A stretch of DNA of 64,000 nucleotides from the NCBI GenBank assembly GCA_963822965.1, contig CAWGJT010000012.1, forward strand, positions 352,001 to 416,000, written 5' to 3'. The stretch's first letter is position 1, and the number at the start of each line of letters is the position of its first letter. This document shows, one piece after another, positions 8,821-20,186 of the stretch. The position numbers were made by a program, and so were the translations under genes. The notes below the pieces were generated by a model, which worked only from the letters and a program-made list of their open reading frames with translations, had not been told where the DNA came from and ran no database searches. Source of the DNA: an uncultured delta proteobacterium. Its GTDB lineage: Bacteria; Myxococcota_A; UBA9160; UBA4427.

Positions 8821-10153
8821 GACGACCTTCCGAAGGCGGGCCGCCGCTGCGGGCGCGACCCTGCTCGGCGTGCTGCTCGTATCCGGGTGCGCGCTGCTCG
8901 GGGTGCGCGAGCAGCGCGAGGCCCTGCAGAACTTCGCGCGGATCCGCGGAACCGTCACGCTCGACGTGCCGAGCGACAGCCCCCTCGTCGTCGTCCTCGG
9001 CCGCACGTCCGACGACCCGAAGGCGATCGACCCCGAGACGGGACGGCGGGCGGGAAACGTCATCGATCACTTCCGGCTGGAGCACGCCGGCGCCTTCGCG
9101 TTCGCGGTGATGCCCGGAACGTTCCGCCTGGCCGCCTTCGTGGACGAGAACCGGAACCTGATCTACGACCCCGGCGAGCCCGCCCTCGCCGGGCAGCCCG
9201 ACTTCACCCTGAGCTCGGGGGAGAAGCGCGACGACGTCGAGCTGGTGATCCACCACGACGTCCACCTCGACAAGACGTACGACATCCTGAAGATGCAGGC
9301 GCGCGCCCCCAAGGACCAGGAGAACTTCAGCCTGGGGCGCTTCACGGTGAAGGGCAAGGTGGTCGACCTCGACGACCCCAAGTTCGGCGAGGCCAACGGC
9401 AAGCTCGGGATGTGGAAGTTCGTGGACTTCCTGTTCGACGTCGGGCCGGGGGTCTACTTCCTCGAGGAGTACGACCCCAACAAGATCCCGGTGCTCTTCG
9501 TCCACGGCATCAGCGGCTACCCCCAGCAGTTCTCGACGCTGATCGCCAAGCTCGACCGGAAGCGCTTCCAGCCGTGGTTCTACTTCTACCCGTCGGGCAT
9601 CCACCTCGACAGCATCGCGAACCACCTCACCGACGTGATGACCGACCTGCAGCTGCGCTACGGCTTCGACGAGGTGGCCGTGGTGGCCCACAGCATGGGC
9701 GGGCTCGTCTCGCGCGCCTTCATCCTGAAGTACCAGGAGACGACGAGACGTCCGGACATCCGGCTCTTCGTGGCCATCTCGTCACCGTGGGGCGGGAGCG
9801 AGAGCGCCAGCAACATCGGGGACGCCCCCAAGGACCTGGTGGTCTACTCCTGGCTCGACATGAACCCGAGCAGCGACTTCCTGAAGGGCCTCTTCTACCA
9901 GCCGCCCGACTACCTGCGGCCCCGCCCGCTGCCCCCGCAGACGCCCTTCTACATGATGTTCGGCTACAAGCGGAAGGAGAGCTCCTTCGGCCCGTCGGGG
10001 GACGGGGTGCTGACCACGAAGAGCGAGACCCGCCTCGAAGCGGTGGAGGCGGCGAAGTCGATCCTGCCCCTCGACTACGACCACGTCGACATCCTGCACA
10101 GCCCCGAGGCGGTGAAGCGCCTGAACGCCATCCTCGCGGAGCGCTTCGACTGA
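8813..10153 (+). CDS. Lipoprotein alpha/beta hydrolase (lipase-like)
   Basis: Lipobox LVSGC; FVHGI, AHSMGG nucleophile elbow, GDGV, C-terminal His. Confidence 0.82.
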   Translation: MTETTFRRRAAAAGATLLGVLLVSGCALLGVREQREALQNFARIRGTVTLDVPSDSPLVVVLGRTSDDPKAIDPETGRRAGNVIDHFRLEHAGAFAFAVMPGTFRLAAFVDENRNLIYDPGEPALAGQPDFTLSSGEKRDDVELVIHHDVHLDKTYDILKMQARAPKDQENFSLGRFTVKGKVVDLDDPKFGEANGKLGMWKFVDFLFDVGPGVYFLEEYDPNKIPVLFVHGISGYPQQFSTLIAKLDRKRFQPWFYFYPSGIHLDSIANHLTDVMTDLQLRYGFDEVAVVAHSMGGLVSRAFILKYQETTRRPDIRLFVAISSPWGGSESASNIGDAPKDLVVYSWLDMNPSSDFLKGLFYQPPDYLRPRPLPPQTPFYMMFGYKRKESSFGPSGDGVLTTKSETRLEAVEAAKSILPLDYDHVDILHSPEAVKRLNAILAERFD

Positions 10154-10171
10154 GCCGGGTTCGGCACCCTG

Positions 10172-11835
<1,664 letters not shown>

Positions 11836-11978
11836 TCACTGTTGCGCGCGTCGCGCGTGTCCGGGCCCGGCGGACGGAGCCGCCTTGCCGAAGACGGTAG
11901 CGAGTGGCCAGCAGGCCGCGCACCCGGACCAGCGCGGGCGGTGGAGTCCGATCCTGCAACGGACCCCGCGCGCGAGGA

Positions 11979-12515
11979 TCAGACCGACGACTGCTTGGAG
12001 TCCGCCACCAGCCGATCGGGCCCGCCGTCGCCCTCGGCGTCCTCGCCGTAGAGGAAGACCTCGAGCACGAGCACGCACACGCCGACGACGATGCAGGAGT
12101 CGGCCACGTTGAAGGTCGGCCAGGTGTAGCTGCCGACGTAGAGGTCGAGCCAGTCGATGACCTCGCCGTAGACGACCCGATCCGTGAGGTTTCCGAGGGC
12201 GCCGCCGAGGATCGTGCCGAGAGCGGCCGCCGAGAGCCACGCGTCGGGCGCCAAGCGCCGGTAGAAGACCACGAGCAGCGTGACCGCGACGGCGCCGGCG
12301 CCGAGGAAGAACGCCAGGCGGAGCTCCATGGGTCCGCCCGCGAAGAAGCTGAAGGCCCCGCCCGGATTGCGCACGTGGGTGAGATCGAAGAAGCCGGGCA
12401 CGAGGGTGACCGTCTCGCCGTAGTAGAAGTGCGAGACGACCCAGTGCTTCGAGAGCTGGTCGAGGGGATAGACGAGACCGAAGGTCGCCAGGAACCACAG
12501 GAGCTTGGGAGTCAT
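11979..12515 (-). CDS. lspA: Signal peptidase II
   Basis: DQLSK, NPGGAFS, GALGNLTDR, VIDW, FNVADS. Confidence 0.95.
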   Translation of the reverse strand: MTPKLLWFLATFGLVYPLDQLSKHWVVSHFYYGETVTLVPGFFDLTHVRNPGGAFSFFAGGPMELRLAFFLGAGAVAVTLLVVFYRRLAPDAWLSAAALGTILGGALGNLTDRVVYGEVIDWLDLYVGSYTWPTFNVADSCIVVGVCVLVLEVFLYGEDAEGDGGPDRLVADSKQSSV

Positions 12516-12611
12516 CGTCGGCAACGTATCACGCCTCGCCGGCCCCCTCCCGTGCACTGGGCGTCGCTTCGGAATCCCCGAGGGGCGACCCTCTGTCTGG
12601 GGCTCGACTTG

Positions 12612-12645
12612 TTACATCTTGTTGCCGAATACATCACCTGATGTA
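12612..12645. promoter_or_regulatory. Putative operator of PaaX-like regulator
   Basis: TACATC-acct-GATGTA palindrome (12630-12645) plus extra TTACATC half-site at 12612. Confidence 0.55.
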
Positions 12646-12651
12646 ATATCC

Positions 12652-13584
12652 GTGTCCGTGACGCCCTCGCCCAAGAGCCTGATCGTGGACCTGCTCTCCA
12701 CCCTGCCCCGTTCCCGTGCAGGCTCGATGCCGGTGCGGGCCCTGGTGGCCGCGGGCCGCTGCTTCGGCATCGCCGACAACAGCATCCGCGTGGCGCTCGC
12801 GAGGCTGCATGCGGCCGGCACCGTCGATCGCGACGAGCGGGGCCGCTATCGGCTCGGCGAGCGAACCGAGGCGATCCGGCGCGAGGTGTCGTCGTGGAAG
12901 ACGCGCCACGAAGACGTGCGCGACTGGAGCGAGCGCCGCTTCACCGCCGTGATCGTGCCCGCCGAGACCGGCGCGGGTCAGCCGCGGGCGGGTCGACGCG
13001 AGACGACCCGCCGACAGCGCGCCCTGGGGCTGCTGGGCTTCCGAAGCCTGGAGCCCGGGCTCCACCTCCGGCCCGACAACCTCGCCGGCGGCGTCGAGCG
13101 GACGCGGGAGCGGCTCTTCGCCCTCGACGCCTCTCTGCGCGATCGGGGCGCCGTCGTGGCCGCGCTCTGCGGGCTGGACCGCGACACCGAAACGCGTGCG
13201 CTCGGGCTCTGGGACCCGGCAGAGGCCATCCAGGCCTACGCTGCGTCCCGGCGGCGGCTGGCAGCCAGCGAGAAGCGGCTCGCCACCCTCAGCCAGGAAG
13301 AAGCCATGGTGGAGACCTTCCTCGTCGGCGGACGGGTGCTGCGACAGGTGGCGCTCGACCCCCTGCTGCCCGAGGAGATCGTGCCGGCCGCCGAGCGCGC
13401 GGCCCTGGTCGATGCCATGCGTCACTACGACGAGCTGGGGCGCGCCTGCTGGGCGGCCTTCCTCGAACGCTTCGACGTCCCCCACCTGCGAACCCCAGCC
13501 GACTGGCGGATGGCCGACGCGACGCTCGCCCGCGTCCTCGAGCCCGAAGCCGGCGCCCGACCTGCACCAGGAGGAGCCCCGTGA
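12652..13584 (+). CDS. PaaX-like transcriptional regulator
   Basis: PKSLIVDLL...NSIRVALARL winged HTH; LLGF...RPDNL; DPLLPEEIVP. Confidence 0.8.
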   Translation: MSVTPSPKSLIVDLLSTLPRSRAGSMPVRALVAAGRCFGIADNSIRVALARLHAAGTVDRDERGRYRLGERTEAIRREVSSWKTRHEDVRDWSERRFTAVIVPAETGAGQPRAGRRETTRRQRALGLLGFRSLEPGLHLRPDNLAGGVERTRERLFALDASLRDRGAVVAALCGLDRDTETRALGLWDPAEAIQAYAASRRRLAASEKRLATLSQEEAMVETFLVGGRVLRQVALDPLLPEEIVPAAERAALVDAMRHYDELGRACWAAFLERFDVPHLRTPADWRMADATLARVLEPEAGARPAPGGAP

Positions 13585-14558
13585 GCCAGGCCGCCACCCT
13601 CGAACGAAGTCGCCCGAAGAGCTGGCGCGAGGTCCTCTCGCGCCAGGAGATCGATTCGCTGCTCGAGATCCAGGACTGGCGGGGCTGGGTCACCATCGTC
13701 GTGGACTGGGGGATCGTCTTCGCGTCCTTCGCCCTGGTGGCGTGGGCGCCGAATCCGCTGACCGTGATCGCGGCCCTCTTCCTCATCGGGACGCGCCAGC
13801 TGGGCCTGGCGGTGGTGATGCACGAGGCCTCGCACCGCACCCTGTTCCGCAACCGCAAGCTCAACGACTGGGCCGGGAACTGGCTCGCCGCCTACCCGGT
13901 GTGGGCGGACGTCAAGCCCTACCGCAGCTACCACCTCGTCCATCACGCCAAGACCGGCACCGCCGGCGACCCCGATCTCGGCCTCGTCACGCCCTTCCCG
14001 ATCACCCGCGCGAGCTTCCGGCGCAAGATCTGGCGCGACCTGTCGGGCCAGACCGGCTGGAAGCAGATGCGGGCGGTGCTGCGCCGGGATCTGGGCCTCG
14101 CGAAGAAGCCCAACCAGCGAACCATGGGGCTCAACCGGGGAGAGCAGCCCGACGTCGGCTGTCACAAGCTCGTCCCGGTGGCTGTCTCCAACGGCGTGCT
14201 GCTCGCGATCCTCTCGCTCGCCGGCCACCCGGAACTCTACGCGCTGTGGGTGATCGCCTGGCTCACCACCTACCGCCTCGTGACGCGCCTGCGCTCCATC
14301 GCCGAGCACGCGCTGCCGAGCGACGTCGCCGACCCGCTCCGCAACACCCGCACCACCCGGGCCCGCTGGTGGGAGCGGCTGCTGATCGCCCCGAACCGGG
14401 TGAACTACCACCTGGAGCACCACCTGCTCATGACGGTGCCGCTCTACAACCTGCCGCGCATGCACCGCATGCTGAAGGAGCGGGGCGCGCTCGAAGGCGC
14501 TCTGCTATCGGACGGCTACCTCCAGGTCTTCGACGACGCGTCCTCGCGCGCGGCGTAA
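13581..14558 (+). CDS. Membrane fatty acid desaturase family protein
   Basis: His boxes HEASH, HLVHH, HLEHH; AGGAGG RBS. Confidence 0.9.
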   Translation: MSQAATLERSRPKSWREVLSRQEIDSLLEIQDWRGWVTIVVDWGIVFASFALVAWAPNPLTVIAALFLIGTRQLGLAVVMHEASHRTLFRNRKLNDWAGNWLAAYPVWADVKPYRSYHLVHHAKTGTAGDPDLGLVTPFPITRASFRRKIWRDLSGQTGWKQMRAVLRRDLGLAKKPNQRTMGLNRGEQPDVGCHKLVPVAVSNGVLLAILSLAGHPELYALWVIAWLTTYRLVTRLRSIAEHALPSDVADPLRNTRTTRARWWERLLIAPNRVNYHLEHHLLMTVPLYNLPRMHRMLKERGALEGALLSDGYLQVFDDASSRAA

Positions 14559-14567
14559 GCGCCCGCT

Positions 14568-15158
14568 TCACGAGGCCAGCAGCTCCTCCAGGCGCTGCCG
14601 GGCGCGCTCGAAGGCGTCTCCGTCGGGACGCCGCCGACGCCGCGCCAGGCCGCCGGGCAGGAAGTAGAAGCTCTGGGCGACGAACCAGCCCCAGAGCGCG
14701 AGCGCCTGCCCGGGGAGCCCGGGGCCCGCGAGCCCGTGCCACGTGGCGAGCGCCAGCAGCAGCACGCCTCCCTCGACGACCATCGCCCGGGCGGTGCCGC
14801 GGCGGAACAGCCAGCCGCTGCGGAACACCGCCACGATGCCCGAGAGACCGGCGAAGAGGCTGGCCAAGGACCCCGCCAGCCCCCACCAGAACACCCCCGC
14901 CGCCGCAGCAGCCAGGGCCACCGCGAGCCGCCGCCGGGCGCCCGGCGGCGCCAGCACCGCCAGGTAGCCCGCCGTCGCGAGCACCACGTGCGCGGTCCGG
15001 GCACCGGCAGCACCGAGCCAGGGACCGAGGGCGAGCACCGAGAGGGGCAGGGTCGCGGCGGCCAGGGCGCCGAAGGCGAGGGTCCTGGCGAAGCCTCGGC
15101 TCGCTTCGGAGCGGGCGCCGGATCCGACCGGCAGCGCTTGCGCGAGTCGGGCGCTCAT
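14568..15158 (-). CDS. Integral membrane protein
   Basis: Several hydrophobic segments, C-terminal DAFERARQRLEELL; coupled to pspA-like gene. Confidence 0.7.
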   Translation of the reverse strand: MSARLAQALPVGSGARSEASRGFARTLAFGALAAATLPLSVLALGPWLGAAGARTAHVVLATAGYLAVLAPPGARRRLAVALAAAAAGVFWWGLAGSLASLFAGLSGIVAVFRSGWLFRRGTARAMVVEGGVLLLALATWHGLAGPGLPGQALALWGWFVAQSFYFLPGGLARRRRRPDGDAFERARQRLEELLAS

Positions 15159-15721
15159 ACCGCACCTCCTTCCCGGCCCGCTTCCGGGCTCGTCGCCGGT
15201 CGCACGCCCCGGCGCCTCCGCAGCAGCTCCAGCTCGATCTCTTCGTCGGCCACCCGGCGTTCCGGCGGCGGCGCGGCAGCCCGCGAAGGGCGTGCCTCGG
15301 CGAGGCGCGCCCGGACCCGCACGCGCAGGTCTTCGAGCTGCTGCTCCTGGACCTCGAGCTGCTCGGCGAGGCGCGAGCGGCTGCCCCCCACCTCGCCGAT
15401 CCGCCGCTCGAGCGCCCGGCGGGCGTCGCGGAGGGGCAGCAGCCGGCCCACCGCGAAGCGGGCGAGCTCGTCCTTCTCCCCCGAAAGCGCCAGCTCGACG
15501 TCCTCGTCGAGACGCGCTTCGCAGGCGCGCAGGCGCTCGACCTCCTCCCGCAGCCGGCGCTGCTCCTCCTCCAGCGCCTCGGCACGGGCGCGCTTGTGGG
15601 AGACCTCGATCTCCGCGTCGCGCAGGTGTTGCTTGAGGAGCAGGTCGCGCTCCTCGAGCTGTTCGAGGATGCCGTGGGCATCGGACTTCACGAGTCGGGT
15701 GACGCGTTCGATGAGCTTCAT
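15155..15721 (-). CDS. PspA/IM30 family protein
   Basis: MKLIERVTRLVKSDAHGILEQLEERDLLLKQHLRD...ALSGEKDELAR; coiled coil. Confidence 0.85.
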   Translation of the reverse strand: MKLIERVTRLVKSDAHGILEQLEERDLLLKQHLRDAEIEVSHKRARAEALEEEQRRLREEVERLRACEARLDEDVELALSGEKDELARFAVGRLLPLRDARRALERRIGEVGGSRSRLAEQLEVQEQQLEDLRVRVRARLAEARPSRAAAPPPERRVADEEIELELLRRRRGVRPATSPEAGREGGAV

Positions 15722-15773
15722 GTCGTTCTCCGTCGTGCGGGTTCGTGATGCGTTGCGGGAATGGCGCTCCGGC

Positions 15774-17198
15774 TCACTTCTTCGCGCCCTGGCGGCGCGC
15801 GTCCTGCCCCTCGGCGGAGAGGGTCTTCGAGAGCGCGTTTCGCGCCGCCGGCGAGGCGGGCGCGGTGAACGCCCGACCCACCGCGTCCTCGAGCTTCGCG
15901 GCCGCCTGGAACGAGGCGGACGTCTCGGCCGCGACGCCCAGCGCCTCGTAGACCGGCCGGTTCTTCTCGCGGTAGCTGCGGATCTGATCTCGGGCATCGT
16001 CGAGGTGGCCGACTCGAACCGCCGCGGCGACGCTCTGCTTGAGGGCCGCGAGCTTCTCCTCGACGAGGCCCCGCTCGACGAGATCGGCGTCGAGGGCCGC
16101 GGCGAAGCGGGCCTCGTCCCGCACGCAGACCATGCGCAACGGCTCGTCGAAGCGAAGGACGTGGGGCTCCCCCTGGACGGACGCACCGGGCTCACGCCAC
16201 GTCATGCGGAAGTCGCCGAGCGCGAAGTCGCCGGGACGGTCGGTGGGCGCGCGCAGGGACAGCCAGATTCGCCGTTCCTGGCCGGCGAAGAGCGTGCCCG
16301 GCCGGAAGCGCACCAGCCGGCCCTGGCGCTCGAGGGGGTAGCCGGCCGCGTCGACCAGCTCGACCCCCGGGCCCGGCTCGATCTCCACGCTCACCGCGGA
16401 CGCGACGGTCTCCCGGGCGGCGTCGAACTCCCCGGCGAAGACGTCGCCGAGATCGCTGCCGTCGGGCACGTAGTAGAAGTTCCCCGTGCCGGCGTCCGCC
16501 AGGGCCGTCATCAGCGATTCGTCGAAGCCCTGGCCGACCCCCACGGTGGAGAGCACGTACTCGCCCGTGACTGCAGCGCGGGCGCGGCCGCACAGCCCCG
16601 CGAAGGAGTGATCGCCCTCGTTGGCGTGGCCGTCGGAGAGCAGGATGACCCGCGGCATGCGTCCGGGCCGTCGCTCGGCGGTGACGGTTCGGGCGGCGAG
16701 GTCCATGCCGATGGCCATGTTGGTGCCGCCGCCCGAGGCCACGGCGTCCGCGGTGCGGCTCCAGCGGCTGCGGTTGTCGGCGTTCGCCTCCTCGAGCGGA
16801 ATCGTCAGCTGTGCGTCCGACGCATAGGTGACCAGCGCGAAGCGGTCGCCGGCGTCGAGGCGGGCGATCAGCTCGTGCAGCGAGGCGACCGCGTCCTGCA
16901 GCGGCTTTCCCTGCATCGATCCCGAGCGGTCCAGCACCACCACCAGGTCGGTGGGGATGCGGGCGGGGCGGTCGCCCTCGGCCGGGTCCGCCGAGAGCAC
17001 CAGCTCCATCGAGACGAGTCCGTCCCCGTGCTCGAGCACGGCGCCCCGGTCGAGCTGGCCGCGGAAGTGGACGCCGCCGTGGCGCCCGGACACGGCGATG
17101 GGCCCCGGGTCCGAGGGGCCCCTGCCCGCCTTCGCCACCGCCCAGCCGCCGGCCAGGGTGAGCGCCAGCAGGGCGAGGCCGAGCGCCACGCGGGACAT
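15774..17198 (-). CDS. Exported vWA-domain protein
   Basis: Signal peptide; MIDAS DRSGS, GGTN, LLSDG, GNFYYV. Confidence 0.88.
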   Translation of the reverse strand: MSRVALGLALLALTLAGGWAVAKAGRGPSDPGPIAVSGRHGGVHFRGQLDRGAVLEHGDGLVSMELVLSADPAEGDRPARIPTDLVVVLDRSGSMQGKPLQDAVASLHELIARLDAGDRFALVTYASDAQLTIPLEEANADNRSRWSRTADAVASGGGTNMAIGMDLAARTVTAERRPGRMPRVILLSDGHANEGDHSFAGLCGRARAAVTGEYVLSTVGVGQGFDESLMTALADAGTGNFYYVPDGSDLGDVFAGEFDAARETVASAVSVEIEPGPGVELVDAAGYPLERQGRLVRFRPGTLFAGQERRIWLSLRAPTDRPGDFALGDFRMTWREPGASVQGEPHVLRFDEPLRMVCVRDEARFAAALDADLVERGLVEEKLAALKQSVAAAVRVGHLDDARDQIRSYREKNRPVYEALGVAAETSASFQAAAKLEDAVGRAFTAPASPAARNALSKTLSAEGQDARRQGAKK

Positions 17199-17402
17199 GC
17201 CCGCTGCGGGCACCTCGGCGTCGGGGGGACGGGTCGCTTGGATTCGTGATGACGCTCGTCGTGCAGATCCATGGAGGCCTCCGTTACAGCGCCGCTGCGC
17301 TGCGGCTCCCGCCCCGGGCCGATCCCGAAGCGTGTCGAACGGTCCCCGTGGATACGGCAGCGGTTTCGCGCCTTCCGTCAAAGCCCGGTAAACACGCAAC
17401 CC

Positions 17403-17424
17403 TTCGATTTACGTTCGATTTACG
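17403..17424. promoter_or_regulatory. Tandem 11-bp direct repeat, putative OmpR-family binding site
   Basis: TTCGATTTACG x2, perfect, between the divergent vWA operon and response regulator. Confidence 0.7.
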
Positions 17425-17457
17425 GCGGGCTTCCGAGGGAGCTCCTAGACTCGCGCC

Positions 17458-18180
17458 GTGGCGAACGACTCGAAGATCGCCGTGCTCGTCGTCGAGGACG
17501 AAGAGCCGATCCGCACCGGGCTGTGCGACGTCCTGTCCTATCACGGCTACGCGGTGGAAGGGGCCGAGCGGGGAGACGAAGGGCTGGCATGCGCACGCAG
17601 CGGCGCCCACGCGCTCGTCCTGCTCGACGTCATGCTGCCGGGACTCTCCGGCTTCGACGTCTGCCGGCAGCTGCGCGCGACGGGCAGCGGCGTTCCCGTG
17701 CTGATGCTCACCGCACGAGGCGCCGAGGAGGACGTGCTGCGCGGCTTCCGCTGCGGTGCCGACGACTACGTCGTGAAGCCCTTCTCGGTGGCGGAGCTGA
17801 TGGCCCGGGTCGAGGCCCTGCTGCGGCGCACCGGCGCCCTCGCGCCGGCGCCGGCCGCGGAGCCGTGCTTCGTCTTCGGCAGCTGGCAGGTCGACGGGGC
17901 CGCGCTCTGCGCGCGTCCGGTGGATGCGGACGAGGCTCCGGGCCCGGCCGTCGACCTCACGCCCCGGGACGTGGAGATCCTGGCGCTGCTCGTGCGGGAG
18001 CGCGGCCGCATCGTGAGCCGACGCGCCCTGCTGGCCGAGGTGTGGGGCTACGCGAATCCCGAGCGGGTCGAGACGCGCAGCGTCGACATGCACATCGCCA
18101 AGCTCCGCAGGAAGCTCGGTGCCGGAGCGACGGCGTGGATCGAGACCGTCCGCGGCGCGGGCTACCGCCACCCCGCATGA
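17458..18180 (+). CDS. OmpR/PhoB-family response regulator
   Basis: VEDE, LDVMLPG, MLTAR, GADDYVVKPF, RSVDMHIAKLRRK, TVRGAGY. Confidence 0.95.
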   Translation: MANDSKIAVLVVEDEEPIRTGLCDVLSYHGYAVEGAERGDEGLACARSGAHALVLLDVMLPGLSGFDVCRQLRATGSGVPVLMLTARGAEEDVLRGFRCGADDYVVKPFSVAELMARVEALLRRTGALAPAPAAEPCFVFGSWQVDGAALCARPVDADEAPGPAVDLTPRDVEILALLVRERGRIVSRRALLAEVWGYANPERVETRSVDMHIAKLRRKLGAGATAWIETVRGAGYRHPA

Positions 18181-20153
18181 GGCGCCTCACCGCCGCGCTG
18201 GTGCTCCTCGGGCTGCTGGTGGCGCTGCCCGTGGCCTTCCTGGTGGCTCGCGCGCTCGAGAGCGCCGACATCGAGGAGGCCAACCGCCACCGGGCGATCG
18301 CCGAGCGCGCGTTCGACGAGATGGAGGAGAGCCTGTCCCGCCTGCTGGCCGAGGAGGAGGCGCGCCCGTTCGACGCATATCGCTTCTACTCACGCATCGA
18401 CCGCGCCGAGAGCGGCCGCGCGACCGCGGTGACGCGCTCGCCCCTGGCGGACGCCCCCGCGCACGACTTCATCATCGGCTACTTCCAGATCGATCCGGAC
18501 GGCAGCCTGCACACGCCGCGGATTCCACGCGATCTCGCGCTCGCCCGCGAGCACGGCGACCTGCCGCCGCTCGAGCCATTCCACGAGCTCGAGCAGACGC
18601 TGCGCGAGGCGTGGGCCGATCGACGCCCGCCGCCGGGCCGGGCGTCGAACCATCTCGCCGCGACCGACGCCCCGGGAGCGGAGGCCGGCAAGTCCGAAGG
18701 CCTGGCCGAGCGCCTGCTCGGGTCCCTGCCGCTCCCGACGGCCCCGACGGCGACCGTTCGAGCCCCGGTCCAGGAGAGCGCGCCCGGCAGCTACGACGAG
18801 GTGTACCGAAGCTTCAACCGCGCTCCCGAACGCCGCGCCGAGCGCAAGCAGAAGGTCACGAGCGTCCCGGCACCCCAGGCTGCGTCGCTTCCGTCGGCAC
18901 GACAGCAGCTGCGCGACGATGCCTCGTCGGCCCTCCGCTCGAAGCCCGAGGCCGGCATCGCGCGGCGGCCGTTCTCCGCGATCGCGAGCGCGGCGCCCGC
19001 GCCGGAGCCCGCCCCCGCCGCCTCCCCCGGTACCGTGCGCGTCGCCCTCGATCCCATGGTCGGCCGCGAGACCGGAGACGGACACCTGCTCCTCTACCGC
19101 ACGGTCCTGGTGGGCCAGCAGGGCTACCGGCAGGGCCTGCTGATCGACTGGCGCCGTCTCGGCGCCTGGCTCGAGGCGCAGGTGATCGCTCCGAGCGCGC
19201 TGCGGGACGCGCGCGTGGCGTTCCGCGGCGCGGACCCGGCCGCCCCGCCTCCCTCGCCCGCCTCGGGCTACGCGTTCGCCCATCGCTTCGCGGAGCCCTT
19301 CGACGCCTTCGGGGTCGAGCTGGGTCTGCCCCATCTCCCGGGCGGCCGCGGCAGCGGCACGATCCACGCGCTCGCCGTGCTGCTGGCGGTGGTGACCGCG
19401 GGCGGCCTCTTCGCCGTCTATCGCATGGCGGCGGTGGTGGTCCAGTTCGCGGATCGGCGCAGCCACTTCGTGGCGGCGGTCTCGCACGAGCTGAAGACCC
19501 CGCTCACGGCCATCCGCATGTACGGCGAGATGCTGCGCGACGGCCTGGTGACCAACGACACCAAGCGGGACGAGTACTACCGCACGATCACCGACGAGTC
19601 CGAGCGACTGTCGCGGCTGATCGACAACGTGCTCGACTACTCCCGGCTCGAGAAGGGCGAGTACGAGGCGGTGCCATGCCCCGTGGAGCCGGTGCCCGTG
19701 GTCCGTGCCGCCGTCGAGAAGCTGCGGCCCCACGCGCTGCAGGCCGGCTTCACGCTCGAGCTCGACGCCGACCGGCGCACTCCCCGGGTCGCCTTCGACC
19801 GGGACGTGCTCACCCAGGTGGTCTTCAATCTCGTCGACAACGCGATCAAGTACGCGAGGGACGCCGCCTTGCGGACGATCGTGGTGGCGTGCCGCGCCCT
19901 CGACGACACGAGACACGTGGAGGTGTCGGTTCGCGACCACGGCCCCGGCGTGCCCGCTCGGGACCTGGGTCGCATCTTCGAGCCCTTCTATCGGCGGGGC
20001 GACGAGCTCACGCGCACCACGAAGGGGACGGGCATCGGGCTCGCGCTGGTGAAGGACCTCGTCGAGTCCCTGGGCGGCACCGTCTCGGCCGCCGACGCGC
20101 CGGGAGGCGGCCTGCGCGTGGCCGTGCGCCTGCCGATCGCCCCTCCGGAGTGA
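18177..20153 (+). CDS. Sensor histidine kinase
   Basis: Two TM segments around a large periplasmic region; SHELKTPL, NLVDNAIKY, DHGPG, GTGIGL. Confidence 0.93.
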   Translation: MRRLTAALVLLGLLVALPVAFLVARALESADIEEANRHRAIAERAFDEMEESLSRLLAEEEARPFDAYRFYSRIDRAESGRATAVTRSPLADAPAHDFIIGYFQIDPDGSLHTPRIPRDLALAREHGDLPPLEPFHELEQTLREAWADRRPPPGRASNHLAATDAPGAEAGKSEGLAERLLGSLPLPTAPTATVRAPVQESAPGSYDEVYRSFNRAPERRAERKQKVTSVPAPQAASLPSARQQLRDDASSALRSKPEAGIARRPFSAIASAAPAPEPAPAASPGTVRVALDPMVGRETGDGHLLLYRTVLVGQQGYRQGLLIDWRRLGAWLEAQVIAPSALRDARVAFRGADPAAPPPSPASGYAFAHRFAEPFDAFGVELGLPHLPGGRGSGTIHALAVLLAVVTAGGLFAVYRMAAVVVQFADRRSHFVAAVSHELKTPLTAIRMYGEMLRDGLVTNDTKRDEYYRTITDESERLSRLIDNVLDYSRLEKGEYEAVPCPVEPVPVVRAAVEKLRPHALQAGFTLELDADRRTPRVAFDRDVLTQVVFNLVDNAIKYARDAALRTIVVACRALDDTRHVEVSVRDHGPGVPARDLGRIFEPFYRRGDELTRTTKGTGIGLALVKDLVESLGGTVSAADAPGGGLRVAVRLPIAPPE

Positions 20154-20186
20154 GGCCCGACCGGGCCCCTCGGCGGTGGGCGTTCC

